Below, piece by piece: positions 1 to 8,643 of a stretch of DNA of 32,000 bases (the stretch's first letter is position 1; each line of letters begins with the position of its first letter). A program made the translations under genes and the position numbers. The notes below the pieces were generated by a model, which ran no database searches, was not told the DNA's origin, and was given only the letters and a program-made list of their open reading frames with translations. Origin of the DNA: Schaalia meyeri (GTDB lineage Bacteria > Actinomycetota > Actinomycetes > Actinomycetales > Actinomycetaceae); contig NZ_FNLK01000012.1 in the NCBI RefSeq assembly GCF_900105015.1, positions 385,749 through 417,748 on the forward strand, in the 5' to 3' direction.

Positions 1-48
1 TTCGGCTGGCTGGCCATGAAGTACATGGAGAAAAAGGACCTGCTGTAG
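1..48 (+). CDS. 3' end of an unidentified CDS (…FGWLAMKYMEKKDLL*), truncated by the window edge
   Basis: Open frame from position 1 to TAG at 46-48. Too short to assign a function. Confidence 0.35.
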   Translation, partial: FGWLAMKYMEKKDLL

Positions 49-262
49 AAACATGAGGCGGCCCAGCGTGGCTTGCCTCATCCGAGCGCGCGTTCGATCT
101 GGCGTTCGTTGCCTGACAGAGCGACCGGCGCCTACGAATCCGCACGCTGAACGCGCTGCTCCTCGTCTGCATCCAGCAATCACTTGAGGATGCGCTCCCT
201 GAGCTCGCTGAGCCGATACGGCGGTGGAACGGGCGTCATGTTTCTTCTATCCACTCTTACGT

Positions 263-301
263 CCAGTTACTTCTAATTTTATCTCAATTAGAAGTAACTG
301 G
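263..301. promoter_or_regulatory. Perfect 16-bp inverted repeat CCAGTTACTTCTAATT-N7-AATTAGAAGTAACTGG, candidate operator
   Basis: Read directly. It is an AT-rich palindrome in a GC-rich context, about 25 bp upstream of a short minus-strand ATG at 238. Confidence 0.4.
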
Positions 302-433
302 ATATTTCTTAGCCTCGATCGCCCTCATCGCACGTCGACGAGGGCGACAGACCCGGCCGGGCGCGCTGAGGGTGCTCCTTCACAAAACGCGGCCTTCCCC
401 GCCCTGTGCGGCAACCAACCAATCGACCAGGGG

Positions 434-2164
434 CTACTGGCGGTCCGATAGCTCCAGGTTCGCACGAACGACGATTCCAATTCGTTCCACCATCGCCTCG
501 TCCACCCACGATCCGTCCAGGTCGGCCAGGCGCGGATGCGCGGGTTCCTCATCGAACAAACGATCAAAACCCAGGATCGCCCGCCACAGGGGGATGAGCT
601 CTTCGTGATAGGTGTGCCCGTGGCCGCCCGGAGCCGTCCCCGCGACCGGCAGATCCGCCAGAACCTGAATGAACGTCACGAAACGCGTGAACTCGACGGT
701 GCGTGACACGTCGCGCCCCGCACGCTCGCGCAACCAATCCGGTTGTGTCCATATCAGCTTCTTGTTCCACCACACGACCGGATCCGAGGGGTGCTGGGCG
801 TACACGAGGCGCGGGAAACCCCACGGCCCCAGCTCGCGGCCGTACAGGTCCGTGCGCAGGTCCGACGGCTCGTTCACGAAGCGCACGCGCCGCGCGTTGT
901 CCACCACGGGCGCCACCTCGGGACTACCCTTGTGCCGCGCGGCCGTCAGCGCCGCGTGCATCGGCGTAAACGCCGGGGTTCCCACCCACAGGGCGCCGTC
1001 GACACTCTCCAGCGCGTCATTTGCGCAGGAAAACACCGACTGCGACGCGAACGCACCGAGGGACTCCCCGCACACGAACAGGGCGGGACGGTCGGCCCGG
1101 TCCATGGAATCCAGCTCGGCGCGAACCGCGCGAAACAGGACCGCCGACGCCTTTTGCGACGGCTCCAATCCCGTCAGCCAATTCAAAGCGGAGGGCACGT
1201 ACGAATACTGCAGCGACGCGGTCGCGCAGTCGCCGCGCGTCAGGAACTCAAGGGGCTGGACCTGCCACTCATCCACCCATCCGGAGCCGGTCGAGGTGGC
1301 CAGCAGGATCACCGCGCGATCGAAGGCCCCGGTGCGGTGCAGCTCCGCCACCACCGTGGACGCGGCCTGCTCGATTCCGGCGCCTCCCGTGGGCATGCCG
1401 GCGTAGACGCGGATGGGTTCTTTCGCCGCTCCCCCACTGACCTGCGCGATGTCCAGGCGCGACGGGCCCCTGCCCAGGAACACGCGCCCCTGACCGCCCA
1501 CCGACTCCCACGTCACGGGCGAGGACGCAGACGCGGAACGCTCTAAGACGAAGGGCCGGTAGATGCCGCGGGCCGTACGCGTGTTCATCTGTTCCGCGTG
1601 GTGGCGAAAGAAACCGATGCCGCCGCGCAGGATCACGTTCGAGGTCAGAAAGAACACGATGACGCACACGATGGCCACGCCCACCACCACGGCCGCCGGC
1701 CTAATCATGTACGCCGCCAGCGCCGCGATCAGCATGCGTCCCACCTGGATGAAAGCCTCCACGATCGCCAGTAAACACCAGGCGACCACGACCGATCCGG
1801 CGGCTCCCAGGAGGTATTCGCCCAGGTTTTCGCCCGGCATGTTCACCAGCTTCGAGGCCTTACGTGCCCTCCGATACGACTGGATCACCGCATACAGCCA
1901 CCACACGGCGAACAGGGCGGCGATTCCCACGCGGAAACCGAGCTCGACGGGCTCGGAGGCGCTGATCGTCAGTCCCGTCACGCGGATGACTCGCGTCCCC
2001 ACGTTCTGGACGATGACGCCGCCCACGTAGCCGCACGTGACCAGGACGCCCGAGGCGATCGCGTGCCACGCCCACGAGCGCGCCATCAGCGAGGGCGCGA
2101 CGCTGACCGCATACATGGCCAGGGCCGCGATCACTCCCAGGAACGACCAACCCATGACGCCCAT
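434..2164 (-). CDS. Membrane-anchored alpha/beta-hydrolase family protein (Abhydrolase_9/DUF2319-like)
   Basis: 576-aa ORF. The N-terminal ~190 aa has several hydrophobic helices. The C-terminal part has the GESLGA nucleophile elbow and the PIRVYAG…TGSGWVD…QYSYVPS pattern typical of this actinobacterial family. Confidence 0.85.
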   Translation of the reverse strand: MGVMGWSFLGVIAALAMYAVSVAPSLMARSWAWHAIASGVLVTCGYVGGVIVQNVGTRVIRVTGLTISASEPVELGFRVGIAALFAVWWLYAVIQSYRRARKASKLVNMPGENLGEYLLGAAGSVVVAWCLLAIVEAFIQVGRMLIAALAAYMIRPAAVVVGVAIVCVIVFFLTSNVILRGGIGFFRHHAEQMNTRTARGIYRPFVLERSASASSPVTWESVGGQGRVFLGRGPSRLDIAQVSGGAAKEPIRVYAGMPTGGAGIEQAASTVVAELHRTGAFDRAVILLATSTGSGWVDEWQVQPLEFLTRGDCATASLQYSYVPSALNWLTGLEPSQKASAVLFRAVRAELDSMDRADRPALFVCGESLGAFASQSVFSCANDALESVDGALWVGTPAFTPMHAALTAARHKGSPEVAPVVDNARRVRFVNEPSDLRTDLYGRELGPWGFPRLVYAQHPSDPVVWWNKKLIWTQPDWLRERAGRDVSRTVEFTRFVTFIQVLADLPVAGTAPGGHGHTYHEELIPLWRAILGFDRLFDEEPAHPRLADLDGSWVDEAMVERIGIVVRANLELSDRQ

Positions 2165-2455
2165 TGTGCCAGGTGAGCGGGGCCTGGTTCAGGAATATAC
2201 GAGGCCGAGGCAGGTTCGATGATCAAGGTTTCACAAATAGGCCTGTCAAAAGTGTCACATCTTATGAAGCGGGCGGTTTGTCCAACCGCGCGGGCGTGCG
2301 AGTCGGTTCCGCTCCAGCGGGCGCGCATCCAAGCGAAACGCTCACTCCCATCCATGCGCCTGGGCGTGAGCAGTGAACTATCGCGAATAGCTCCATTCAT
2401 TGAGCGACCCACCACTTCGCTTGACATGTGTTTGGTCGATTTGTAGGTTGTGCTC

Positions 2456-2866
2456 GTGAGTGGGGATGTTGGCTTTGTTCCAGGGTCGCTGATTGAGGCG
2501 GCTTCGGGTGTTCAGGACGCGTGCGACCCGTTTGTTGAGTCGGTTTCTTCCTTGGGCGATGAGGTTGCTGGCTTGATTCCGGGTGTGAATGGTTCTTACG
2601 TGGAGCCGTTGAGCAGCTCGCTGGAGTTGTGGGGTGAGTCCTTGAAGGTCTTGTTCGATGATCTGGGCCGTTTGGTTGAGGCGCTGGTGGGGGTTGAGAA
2701 CTCGTTCGGAGCGTGTGAGAGTGAGATTGTTGCTTCGCTCATTCAGGCTGCCTCTGGTTATGGCGGGGATGGCGGGGATTCGTCGGGGGTAAATCCATTC
2801 GCTTCGGAGTTGGGTGGTGCCGGTGCTTCTGCTGGCAGGGGTGCTTCTGGTGCCTCGTCGGGGTGA
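2456..2866 (+). CDS. Small helical protein with a Gly/Ser/Ala-rich tail, first gene of the toxin operon (putative T7SS accessory/partner protein)
   Basis: ORF 2450-2866. The GTG at 2456 has better spacing from the AGG at 2445-2447. Same strand and tightly packed with the next three genes, with predicted helical composition. No family recognised by eye. Confidence 0.55.
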   Translation: MSGDVGFVPGSLIEAASGVQDACDPFVESVSSLGDEVAGLIPGVNGSYVEPLSSSLELWGESLKVLFDDLGRLVEALVGVENSFGACESEIVASLIQAASGYGGDGGDSSGVNPFASELGGAGASAGRGASGASSG

Positions 2867-2900
2867 GAGCCGTTTGAGAAGGTCTTGGGGGGGGAACGCT

Positions 2901-3200
2901 GTGAGTGGTGATTCGATGTTGGTGTTTCGTGAGGCGGACGCATCGGCGATGAGCGAGGTGTTCGCGAAGAAGGCGGCGTTAATGCGTGAGTTTGTGCCGG
3001 ATGTGCGCGATGGGGTCGTGAGTTCGGTGGGTGATTGGACTGGCGAAGCGCGTACTGCTTGTGATGCCGCGTTGGAGCGTTTGGTGGGGCGCGGGGAGGA
3101 GCTGGCCGATTTGTTACAGTCGGCTTCTGGCGCGATGGACGAGATCCGAGAAGCGGGCATTCATGCTGAGGCGATGGCGTTCGCGCATATCGATGGCTAA
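2901..3200 (+). CDS. WXG100-like small secreted/partner protein
   Basis: About 99 aa from GTG 2901, preceded by a G-rich RBS at 2887-2896. It has a central W-x-G motif (GDWTGEAR) between two helical halves, which is the size and architecture of Esx/WXG100 proteins. Confidence 0.7.
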   Translation: MSGDSMLVFREADASAMSEVFAKKAALMREFVPDVRDGVVSSVGDWTGEARTACDAALERLVGRGEELADLLQSASGAMDEIREAGIHAEAMAFAHIDG

Positions 3201-3212
3201 GGGAGCGAAGTG

Positions 3213-3551
3213 ATGAGCGATTTTGAGGTTGATCTGCAGGCGATGTCGTCTCTGGTGTCGTCGTTGTCTTCGTTTGAGGAGGCTGCCAAAGAGTATGACG
3301 TGGAGGATTGGGTCCCCAATTCGGGAATGCTCGACAATCCGGACGTGTGGAGTGTGACAAATTCGTTCCAGGACACTTGGGAGAAGGGCCTGAACGATTT
3401 GCGTTCGGATATTTCGGCCGCCAGCAGCGCCCTGGGTGGGGCGTTGGGCGCGTATGGGGAATATATGGAAAAGTCCAGCGAACTCATGCAGACAGTCGCC
3501 CAGGCTGCGTCTGACCTGGAGCAGTCTCCCGTTGTTGGTTCGGGGGCGTGA
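3213..3551 (+). CDS. Small helical protein (~112 aa), putative T7SS toxin partner
   Basis: ATG 3213 lies 7 nt after AAGGGAG. Helical, acidic, with a Ser/Ala-rich C-terminal half. It ends 6 nt before the toxin start. Confidence 0.6.
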   Translation: MSDFEVDLQAMSSLVSSLSSFEEAAKEYDVEDWVPNSGMLDNPDVWSVTNSFQDTWEKGLNDLRSDISAASSALGGALGAYGEYMEKSSELMQTVAQAASDLEQSPVVGSGA

Positions 3552-3557
3552 TTTGCT

Positions 3558-6500
3558 GTGGGCGTGAACGCTCAGGGTGCTCCTGTTTTCACGATTGGCG
3601 GCGATCCGGGTGGGATTCGCACGCGCGCCCAGGTGATGGCGGATCGGGCGGCGGAGTTCGCTGACGTGTATTCGGGCCTCACATCCCTGAAGTCTGACGG
3701 GTGGAAGGGGCGCGCGGCGGATCGTTTCCGTGAAAAGTTTAAGGTTCAGACCCAGGGGTGGATGGACGCGCAGACCGCGTTTTCGAGTGCCTCTGCGGCT
3801 TACCTGTCCTACGCCACCACGTTGGAGAACGCACAGAACCAGTTGCCCGGTATCCGGTCGCGGTGGGAGCAGGGCCGCGCCGCGGTCGAAGCGGCGCAGG
3901 CCAATCAGGACAGCGTTCGCAGCCAGGCCGCGTCCGCTGGCGTGCCCGCGGTGTTTGATTCTTCGTGTGACGAGGGGCCGGGCGAGGACGCCATGGCCGC
4001 AGCGCAGACGGATTTCAACACGCTGGTCGCCACTGTCAACGATGCGGGGAATCAACTGATCTCGGCGCTCAACGCGGGGATCGCGATGCTCCCCGAACGC
4101 ACATGGTGGGACGCTACCTGCCGCACGGTCGGCTCTGTGCTGGTTGGCTTCGTGGAAGCCGTCGCTGACTTGTTGAAGCTGGCATGCAAGCTTGGCGGTT
4201 TCGATACCGTATTTGATTTTGGGCGCATGCTGATGGGGGACATGTCTTGGGATGAGTACATGGCTAAGCACGCGTATCTTCCCACCGAAACCGTCACAGG
4301 TTTGGCCAAAGCGTTATGGCAGGACCCCATTGGTTTCATGAAGGGGCTTGGTAAGGCAGTTTTAGACTGGGATGCGTGGGCCGATGACCCTGGTCGAGCG
4401 ATCGGACACCTGCTCCCCGACGTGATCATCGCGGTAGCAACGGCAGGTACAGGCACAGGGGCATCCGCGGGCGAGAAAGCCGCATCAGGAGCGGCCCGCG
4501 CGGCTCGCGCGGCCCGCATCGGCCGCGAGGTTTTCAAAGCGATCCTGCCGGTCAACCCCGACGATATTCGCGCGGTATCTAAACTCGGTAAAAACCTGGT
4601 CGAAAAGCTCTCGAACCGCGGCATCAACACCACGGGCAGCGTCGCGCAGCTATGCAACGATGCAAAGAAGATGACGAGCGCCTTGAACATAGACCACGCG
4701 GCGGTCGGGACAAACAAGTTCGCGGGGGCATCCAACCTCACCGGGGACGCATCCCACGCTGGCCGGGGGGCTGACAATCTCGCGGGAGCCTACAACCTTG
4801 CGGGAGACACTTCACACGCAGGCCGGGGCACCAACAACCTCGCCAGTGCCTCCAACCTCGTCGGGGATACCACCCACGGTTCGAGCAACCTCTCCGGGGC
4901 CTCCAACCTCACCGGGGACGCCGCTCACGCAGGCAGGGGCACCAATGGCTTTAATGGGTCCTCCAACCTCGTCGGGGATGTCGCTCACGCTGGCCGGGGG
5001 ACTAGTGGTTCTTCGGGTGTCGCCGACACGGCCACGATGGCCGAGGCGTCGCGTGGTTCGCACGCGAATGGTTACGCTCATGCGCAAGTCGGCGGCGGCT
5101 CCTACGGTGGTGATACCGGCGTTCACGGTGCTTCATCCACCCACGCGCAGGGAGCCCACCACCCCGATGGCGGGATGCCCGCGAGGGATGTGCACGCCGG
5201 ATCACGCTCAGACTCCGCCGCCGGTTACAGCGACTCCCACCCGACGGCTTCCCACGACATCCAGAGTGCCCCCCGGGGTGCCTCCCACGACCCGTCCCAG
5301 GGCGGCTCCCGGGGTGCCTCCCGTGATGTGTCCAGCTCGGGCGGTCACGGCAATCAGCCGCAGAACTCCCACGCCGCACAGGGCGGGAACGCCTCTGGCG
5401 CAGAGCGGGGCTCGTCATCGAATGGTTCGTCTTCGAGTCAAGGACACCACGGATCCGGTCAGGGTACCCAGGGCGGCCCACAGCCCACCAACCCCGCAGC
5501 CCCCAAGCACCCCACAGGTGGGGACGCCGCTGCCCCGCAGCGCTCCCAGGCTGCGGTGAGCGGCGAGGCCCCGCGCGGCAGCGAGGCGGCCACGCCCAGC
5601 CAGGCCTCGCCCAAGCCCGCTGCAAAAACTCACGCGCCCGACGCTGACGCTCCACACGCTAAGGGGGACGCGTCCAAGCCTGCCCCCCAGGCGGAGCCAT
5701 CCAAGCCCGCACCCGACACCGACCGTGCTCACGCCAAGACCCACGAGCCCAGGTCCGCGCATCCCACCCAGGACTCCCCCACCAAGACCCGCGAGCCTGC
5801 GGGAAAGGGCGAGGTGAATGAAACACCCGTCGCGGCCGACAAGCCGACGACGGAGCACCACGCCGGAAACAAGCCTGGCTCGCACGCGGGCGAGAAGCGC
5901 TCGGGGCACGCAGCCGACACGGACAATAAAAACGCAAACAACTCGGCACACAAGCAAGAACCCGAGACCAACTCCGAGGCCAACCCTGGCGAACAAGCGC
6001 ACGAGGACGCCGCGAAGTCCAACAACACCAAGCAGACCACGCGCGACGACCCGACAGCTGACAAGCACGCCCCCAACGAGAAGGCAGAGGACCCCGCAGA
6101 CACCAAGACCCACGGCGATAAGGACGAGACAAGCACGCCCCCGGCGAAGGACAACGCGCACGATGCCAGGTCCGAGGCGGATAGCAGGCCCACCAAGAGC
6201 AGTGAGCCCGAGCCTGCGGAAAAGGGCGAGGTGAATGAAACACCCGCCACGGCCGACAAGCCGACAGACAAGACCCCCGCTGAGAACACCACGGCCGATA
6301 GGACAGACAAACACGCTTCCACCAGGCAGGCTAACGACGCAGCGGACGCGAAGCAACACGCCGACAAGGACGAGAAAACCAAGCCCGCCACGAAAGACAA
6401 CACGCACGAGGCATCGCCCGAAGCGGACAGCAAGCGTGCAGACGACTCGGCACACAAGCAAGAACCCGAGACCAACTCCGAGGCCAACCCTGGCGAACAA

Positions 6501-8039
6501 GCGCACGAGGACGCCGCGAAGTCCAACAACACCAAGCAGACCACGCGCGACGACCCGACAGCTGACAAGCACGCCCCCAACGAGAAGGGCGAAGAACCCG
6601 CAGACACCAAGACCCACGGCGATAAGGATGAGGCAGACAAGCAAGCCTCAGAAGATGGCACGCTCGACAAGAAGGATGCGGACACCACACGCCACGACGG
6701 CGATAACCTCGCCAAGGATCACGGCAGCGATCCCGACAAGGACAGCAGCCACCCCAAGGAAACCAACGACAAGTCCAACCGCCCCAACGATGGCGACACC
6801 TCGCAACCCGATGGCAAGGATCATCCGAAGACCAAGGAAACCCAGAAGGACAACTCCGCAACCAACACCAAGGACACTGACAACTCGAAGCACTCCAAGG
6901 AAGAGAACACACCCAAGCACGACAAGGATGCAGACCAACAGAAGGGTACCGACTCAACAGCAGACAAGCACGCCCGCAACGGACGGTCCGACGACGCCGC
7001 GGATCCAAAGCCACACCGTGACAAGGAAAAGGAAGAGGCAGGTTCATCTACCAAAGACCCCGACAGCGAGCATCCCGATGATTCTTCTCGAAAGAACAGC
7101 GCGTCCGAGTCCGCTGACGGCGACTCCAGCGATTCATCGCGCGATGAGCGCGGCACGGAGCACGGAGATCGTGACGCCGACGGCGATTCGGGCGAGCACG
7201 AAAGCTCCACGAGTGAAGGAGGCCAAGAGAGAAAGGAGTACGAGGATCTGCACGATCACTCGCACGATGGCCAGGCAGATCCCTCCTACGACCCCAGCGC
7301 TGATCCTCACACCAACTATGACGCGGATTACGACACCCCACCAGACCCATCCGTCGACCAGACCATCGGCTTCCCCGAGGGAGTCGACCCGTACACCACG
7401 CCACCCCGGACGCGCCGCCAGCTTCAGGAGGCACTGGAAGCCTGGCCAAACTACAGAAGAAAAGATCTCCCTCCAGACGCAAAGGACTGGCACACGGGCA
7501 GGTTCGGCTTCGACGACATGGTCAATCCCGAGCGCGCCCTGGGCTTCAATCCCGACGGATCTCCACGATCAATGAAGGACTTCATGGACACCTTCTTCGA
7601 CGAGAAGAAAGGCACTATGTGGCCATCCGATGTCCCCGGACAACGAAAGAGCGGCGCGCTCCTCAATGAGGACTACCATGAGTACGCCTCCATTCAACCT
7701 TTCATTGACGAGCACGGATCAGACCTGTGTCGAATCGGAGATCCCGAAGGTAAGTTCGCGGCCGCAATGCACAAGGACGGCTCCGTCCCATCGTTTGGCG
7801 AACGAGGATTGTTCCAGCCCTTCTCCCTGGGCGCACCGGATATGCGCGCACGCCTGACCGGATACCTTCCCGAGGGACACACCGTCAAATACGGCCAGGT
7901 CGCCCCCGCATTTGGCCAACCCGGAGGAGCAATACAGCTGCAGATTTGGGGACCCGAGGAAACAACAGGTAAAATGATAGAATTACCGTTAGAAACATGG
8001 AAGAAACGAGGAATCATTGAGTATGTCCAACACGATTAG
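3558..8039 (+). CDS. T7SS-type polymorphic toxin: WXG-like N-terminal secretion domain, hydrophobic/helical region, ~800-aa disordered linker and C-terminal TNT NAD+ glycohydrolase domain
   Basis: 1493-aa ORF. The N-terminus (GGDPGGIRTRA…DGWKGRAADRFREKF…YATTLENAQ) resembles the helical-hairpin secretion domain of actinobacterial polymorphic toxins. The C-terminus (LCRIGDPEGKF…FGERGL…VAPAFGQPGGAIQLQIW) carries the TNT signature FGQPGG.Q. Confidence 0.9.
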   Translation: MGVNAQGAPVFTIGGDPGGIRTRAQVMADRAAEFADVYSGLTSLKSDGWKGRAADRFREKFKVQTQGWMDAQTAFSSASAAYLSYATTLENAQNQLPGIRSRWEQGRAAVEAAQANQDSVRSQAASAGVPAVFDSSCDEGPGEDAMAAAQTDFNTLVATVNDAGNQLISALNAGIAMLPERTWWDATCRTVGSVLVGFVEAVADLLKLACKLGGFDTVFDFGRMLMGDMSWDEYMAKHAYLPTETVTGLAKALWQDPIGFMKGLGKAVLDWDAWADDPGRAIGHLLPDVIIAVATAGTGTGASAGEKAASGAARAARAARIGREVFKAILPVNPDDIRAVSKLGKNLVEKLSNRGINTTGSVAQLCNDAKKMTSALNIDHAAVGTNKFAGASNLTGDASHAGRGADNLAGAYNLAGDTSHAGRGTNNLASASNLVGDTTHGSSNLSGASNLTGDAAHAGRGTNGFNGSSNLVGDVAHAGRGTSGSSGVADTATMAEASRGSHANGYAHAQVGGGSYGGDTGVHGASSTHAQGAHHPDGGMPARDVHAGSRSDSAAGYSDSHPTASHDIQSAPRGASHDPSQGGSRGASRDVSSSGGHGNQPQNSHAAQGGNASGAERGSSSNGSSSSQGHHGSGQGTQGGPQPTNPAAPKHPTGGDAAAPQRSQAAVSGEAPRGSEAATPSQASPKPAAKTHAPDADAPHAKGDASKPAPQAEPSKPAPDTDRAHAKTHEPRSAHPTQDSPTKTREPAGKGEVNETPVAADKPTTEHHAGNKPGSHAGEKRSGHAADTDNKNANNSAHKQEPETNSEANPGEQAHEDAAKSNNTKQTTRDDPTADKHAPNEKAEDPADTKTHGDKDETSTPPAKDNAHDARSEADSRPTKSSEPEPAEKGEVNETPATADKPTDKTPAENTTADRTDKHASTRQANDAADAKQHADKDEKTKPATKDNTHEASPEADSKRADDSAHKQEPETNSEANPGEQAHEDAAKSNNTKQTTRDDPTADKHAPNEKGEEPADTKTHGDKDEADKQASEDGTLDKKDADTTRHDGDNLAKDHGSDPDKDSSHPKETNDKSNRPNDGDTSQPDGKDHPKTKETQKDNSATNTKDTDNSKHSKEENTPKHDKDADQQKGTDSTADKHARNGRSDDAADPKPHRDKEKEEAGSSTKDPDSEHPDDSSRKNSASESADGDSSDSSRDERGTEHGDRDADGDSGEHESSTSEGGQERKEYEDLHDHSHDGQADPSYDPSADPHTNYDADYDTPPDPSVDQTIGFPEGVDPYTTPPRTRRQLQEALEAWPNYRRKDLPPDAKDWHTGRFGFDDMVNPERALGFNPDGSPRSMKDFMDTFFDEKKGTMWPSDVPGQRKSGALLNEDYHEYASIQPFIDEHGSDLCRIGDPEGKFAAAMHKDGSVPSFGERGLFQPFSLGAPDMRARLTGYLPEGHTVKYGQVAPAFGQPGGAIQLQIWGPEETTGKMIELPLETWKKRGIIEYVQHD
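4713..5015 (+). repeat. Five tandem ~20-aa (≈60-nt) coding repeats, consensus NL.GASNL.GD.SHAGRGT.
   Basis: Read from the translation: ASNLTGDASHAGRGADNLAGAYNLAGDTSHAGRGTNNLASASNLVGDTTHGSSNLSGASNLTGDAAHAGRGTNGFNGSSNLVGDVAHAGRGTS. Confidence 0.8.
5941..6126 (+). repeat. Copy 1 of a ~186-bp near-identical in-frame direct repeat inside the toxin linker
   Basis: Encodes NSAHKQEPETNSEANPGEQAHEDAAKSNNTKQTTRDDPTADKHAPNEK.EDPADTKTHGDKDE. The second copy lies 504 nt downstream. Confidence 0.85.
6445..6630 (+). repeat. Copy 2 of the ~186-bp linker repeat
   Basis: Same sequence as 5941-6126 with a few substitutions. A second repeated motif, GEVNETP..ADKPT, occurs at 5811 and 6228 (offset 417 nt). Confidence 0.85.
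7724..8036 (+). other. TNT (NADase) catalytic core of the large toxin
   Basis: DLCRIGDPEGKFAAAMHKDGSVPSFGERGLFQPFSLGAPDMRARL…KYGQVAPAFGQPGGAIQLQIWG. The pattern matches the TNT family known from M. tuberculosis CpnT. Confidence 0.8.
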
Positions 8040-8568
8040 CGAAGATGAGTTCATCAGGACCCTCGTCCCCTTGCTTGACCGAGAAATTTACGTTGTCAGC
8101 GAGGACCACGTCAAGTTTCAGAGCAACGATCTCAATGTCATGATCCACACGTGGTACGAGGACGGTTTCTACTTCGGGGGCTCAAGCGAACGCCTCTCCC
8201 CCCCCGGCAGCTATCTGCGAGCGAACTCTCTTACCCCCGTGAAGCAGTGGCTAGCCATGCGCAACTTTGACCTACTGCGCTATTGCCTCGGCCTCGAGTA
8301 CTTTGACATCAGGTTTCGGGAGCTGCTGATCGCGCCGCACTGGTCCCACAGACGCGGCACTACCGACTATTCCGTTGAGCTGTGCCACAACGATCAACCC
8401 ACCGGCATCATCGTTGGCAAATCCTCCGACGAAGCCACCAACCTGACCTGGTTCCTCAACCACACACCCGAACGCCTCCTCGAAATCGCACACATCGAGG
8501 ACGTTGAGGAGGCCTGCCAGGCCCTCTTCGGAACCACACACATCCCATTCGGTGAGGACGACGACTGA
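8023..8568 (+). CDS. Putative TNT immunity protein, paralog 1 (181 aa)
   Basis: ATG 8023 lies inside the last 17 nt of the toxin ORF. The N-terminus MSNTISEDEFIRTL is shared by three paralogs in the window. Its position corresponds to the IFT immunity gene next to CpnT. Function is inferred from context only. Confidence 0.75.
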   Translation: MSNTISEDEFIRTLVPLLDREIYVVSEDHVKFQSNDLNVMIHTWYEDGFYFGGSSERLSPPGSYLRANSLTPVKQWLAMRNFDLLRYCLGLEYFDIRFRELLIAPHWSHRRGTTDYSVELCHNDQPTGIIVGKSSDEATNLTWFLNHTPERLLEIAHIEDVEEACQALFGTTHIPFGEDDD

Positions 8569-8613
8569 CACGCGCAGACCTACCACCCATTCAAGAAACA
8601 CAGTGAACCACCA

Positions 8614-8643
8614 GGGACTATTCAATATGTCCAACACGATTAG
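8614..8643 (+). pseudogene. Relic of a TNT toxin 3' end (…GTIQYVQHD*) fused upstream of and overlapping immunity paralog 2
   Basis: gggactattcaatatgtccaacacgattag matches the last codons of the toxins ending at 8039 and 13025 (GIIEYVQHD*, GIIQYVQHD*). Confidence 0.7.

Noticed and set aside
319-347. 12-bp-stem hairpin (TCGCCCTCATCG-cacgt-CGACGAGGGCGA) downstream of the hydrolase gene, considered as an intrinsic terminator
   Set aside because: No T/U tract follows it on either strand, so it cannot be called a canonical rho-independent terminator. It may still be structural.
2378-4271. Minus-strand ORFs 2378-3160 (260 aa), 2758-3360 (200 aa) and 3114-4271 (385 aa) across the small-gene/toxin start region
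   Set aside because: Low-complexity P/S/T/R-rich translations lying antisense to a coherent, RBS-preceded, tightly spaced plus-strand operon.
5415-7575. Several long ORFs overlapping the toxin linker on both strands (for example 5415-6644 -, 5729-6715 -, 6235-7575 +, 6331-7047 -)
   Set aside because: Their translations are monotonous R/G/V/L/C- or P/T/R-rich strings produced by the extreme C/A strand bias of the linker. The 1493-aa frame is the only one with recognisable domains at both ends.
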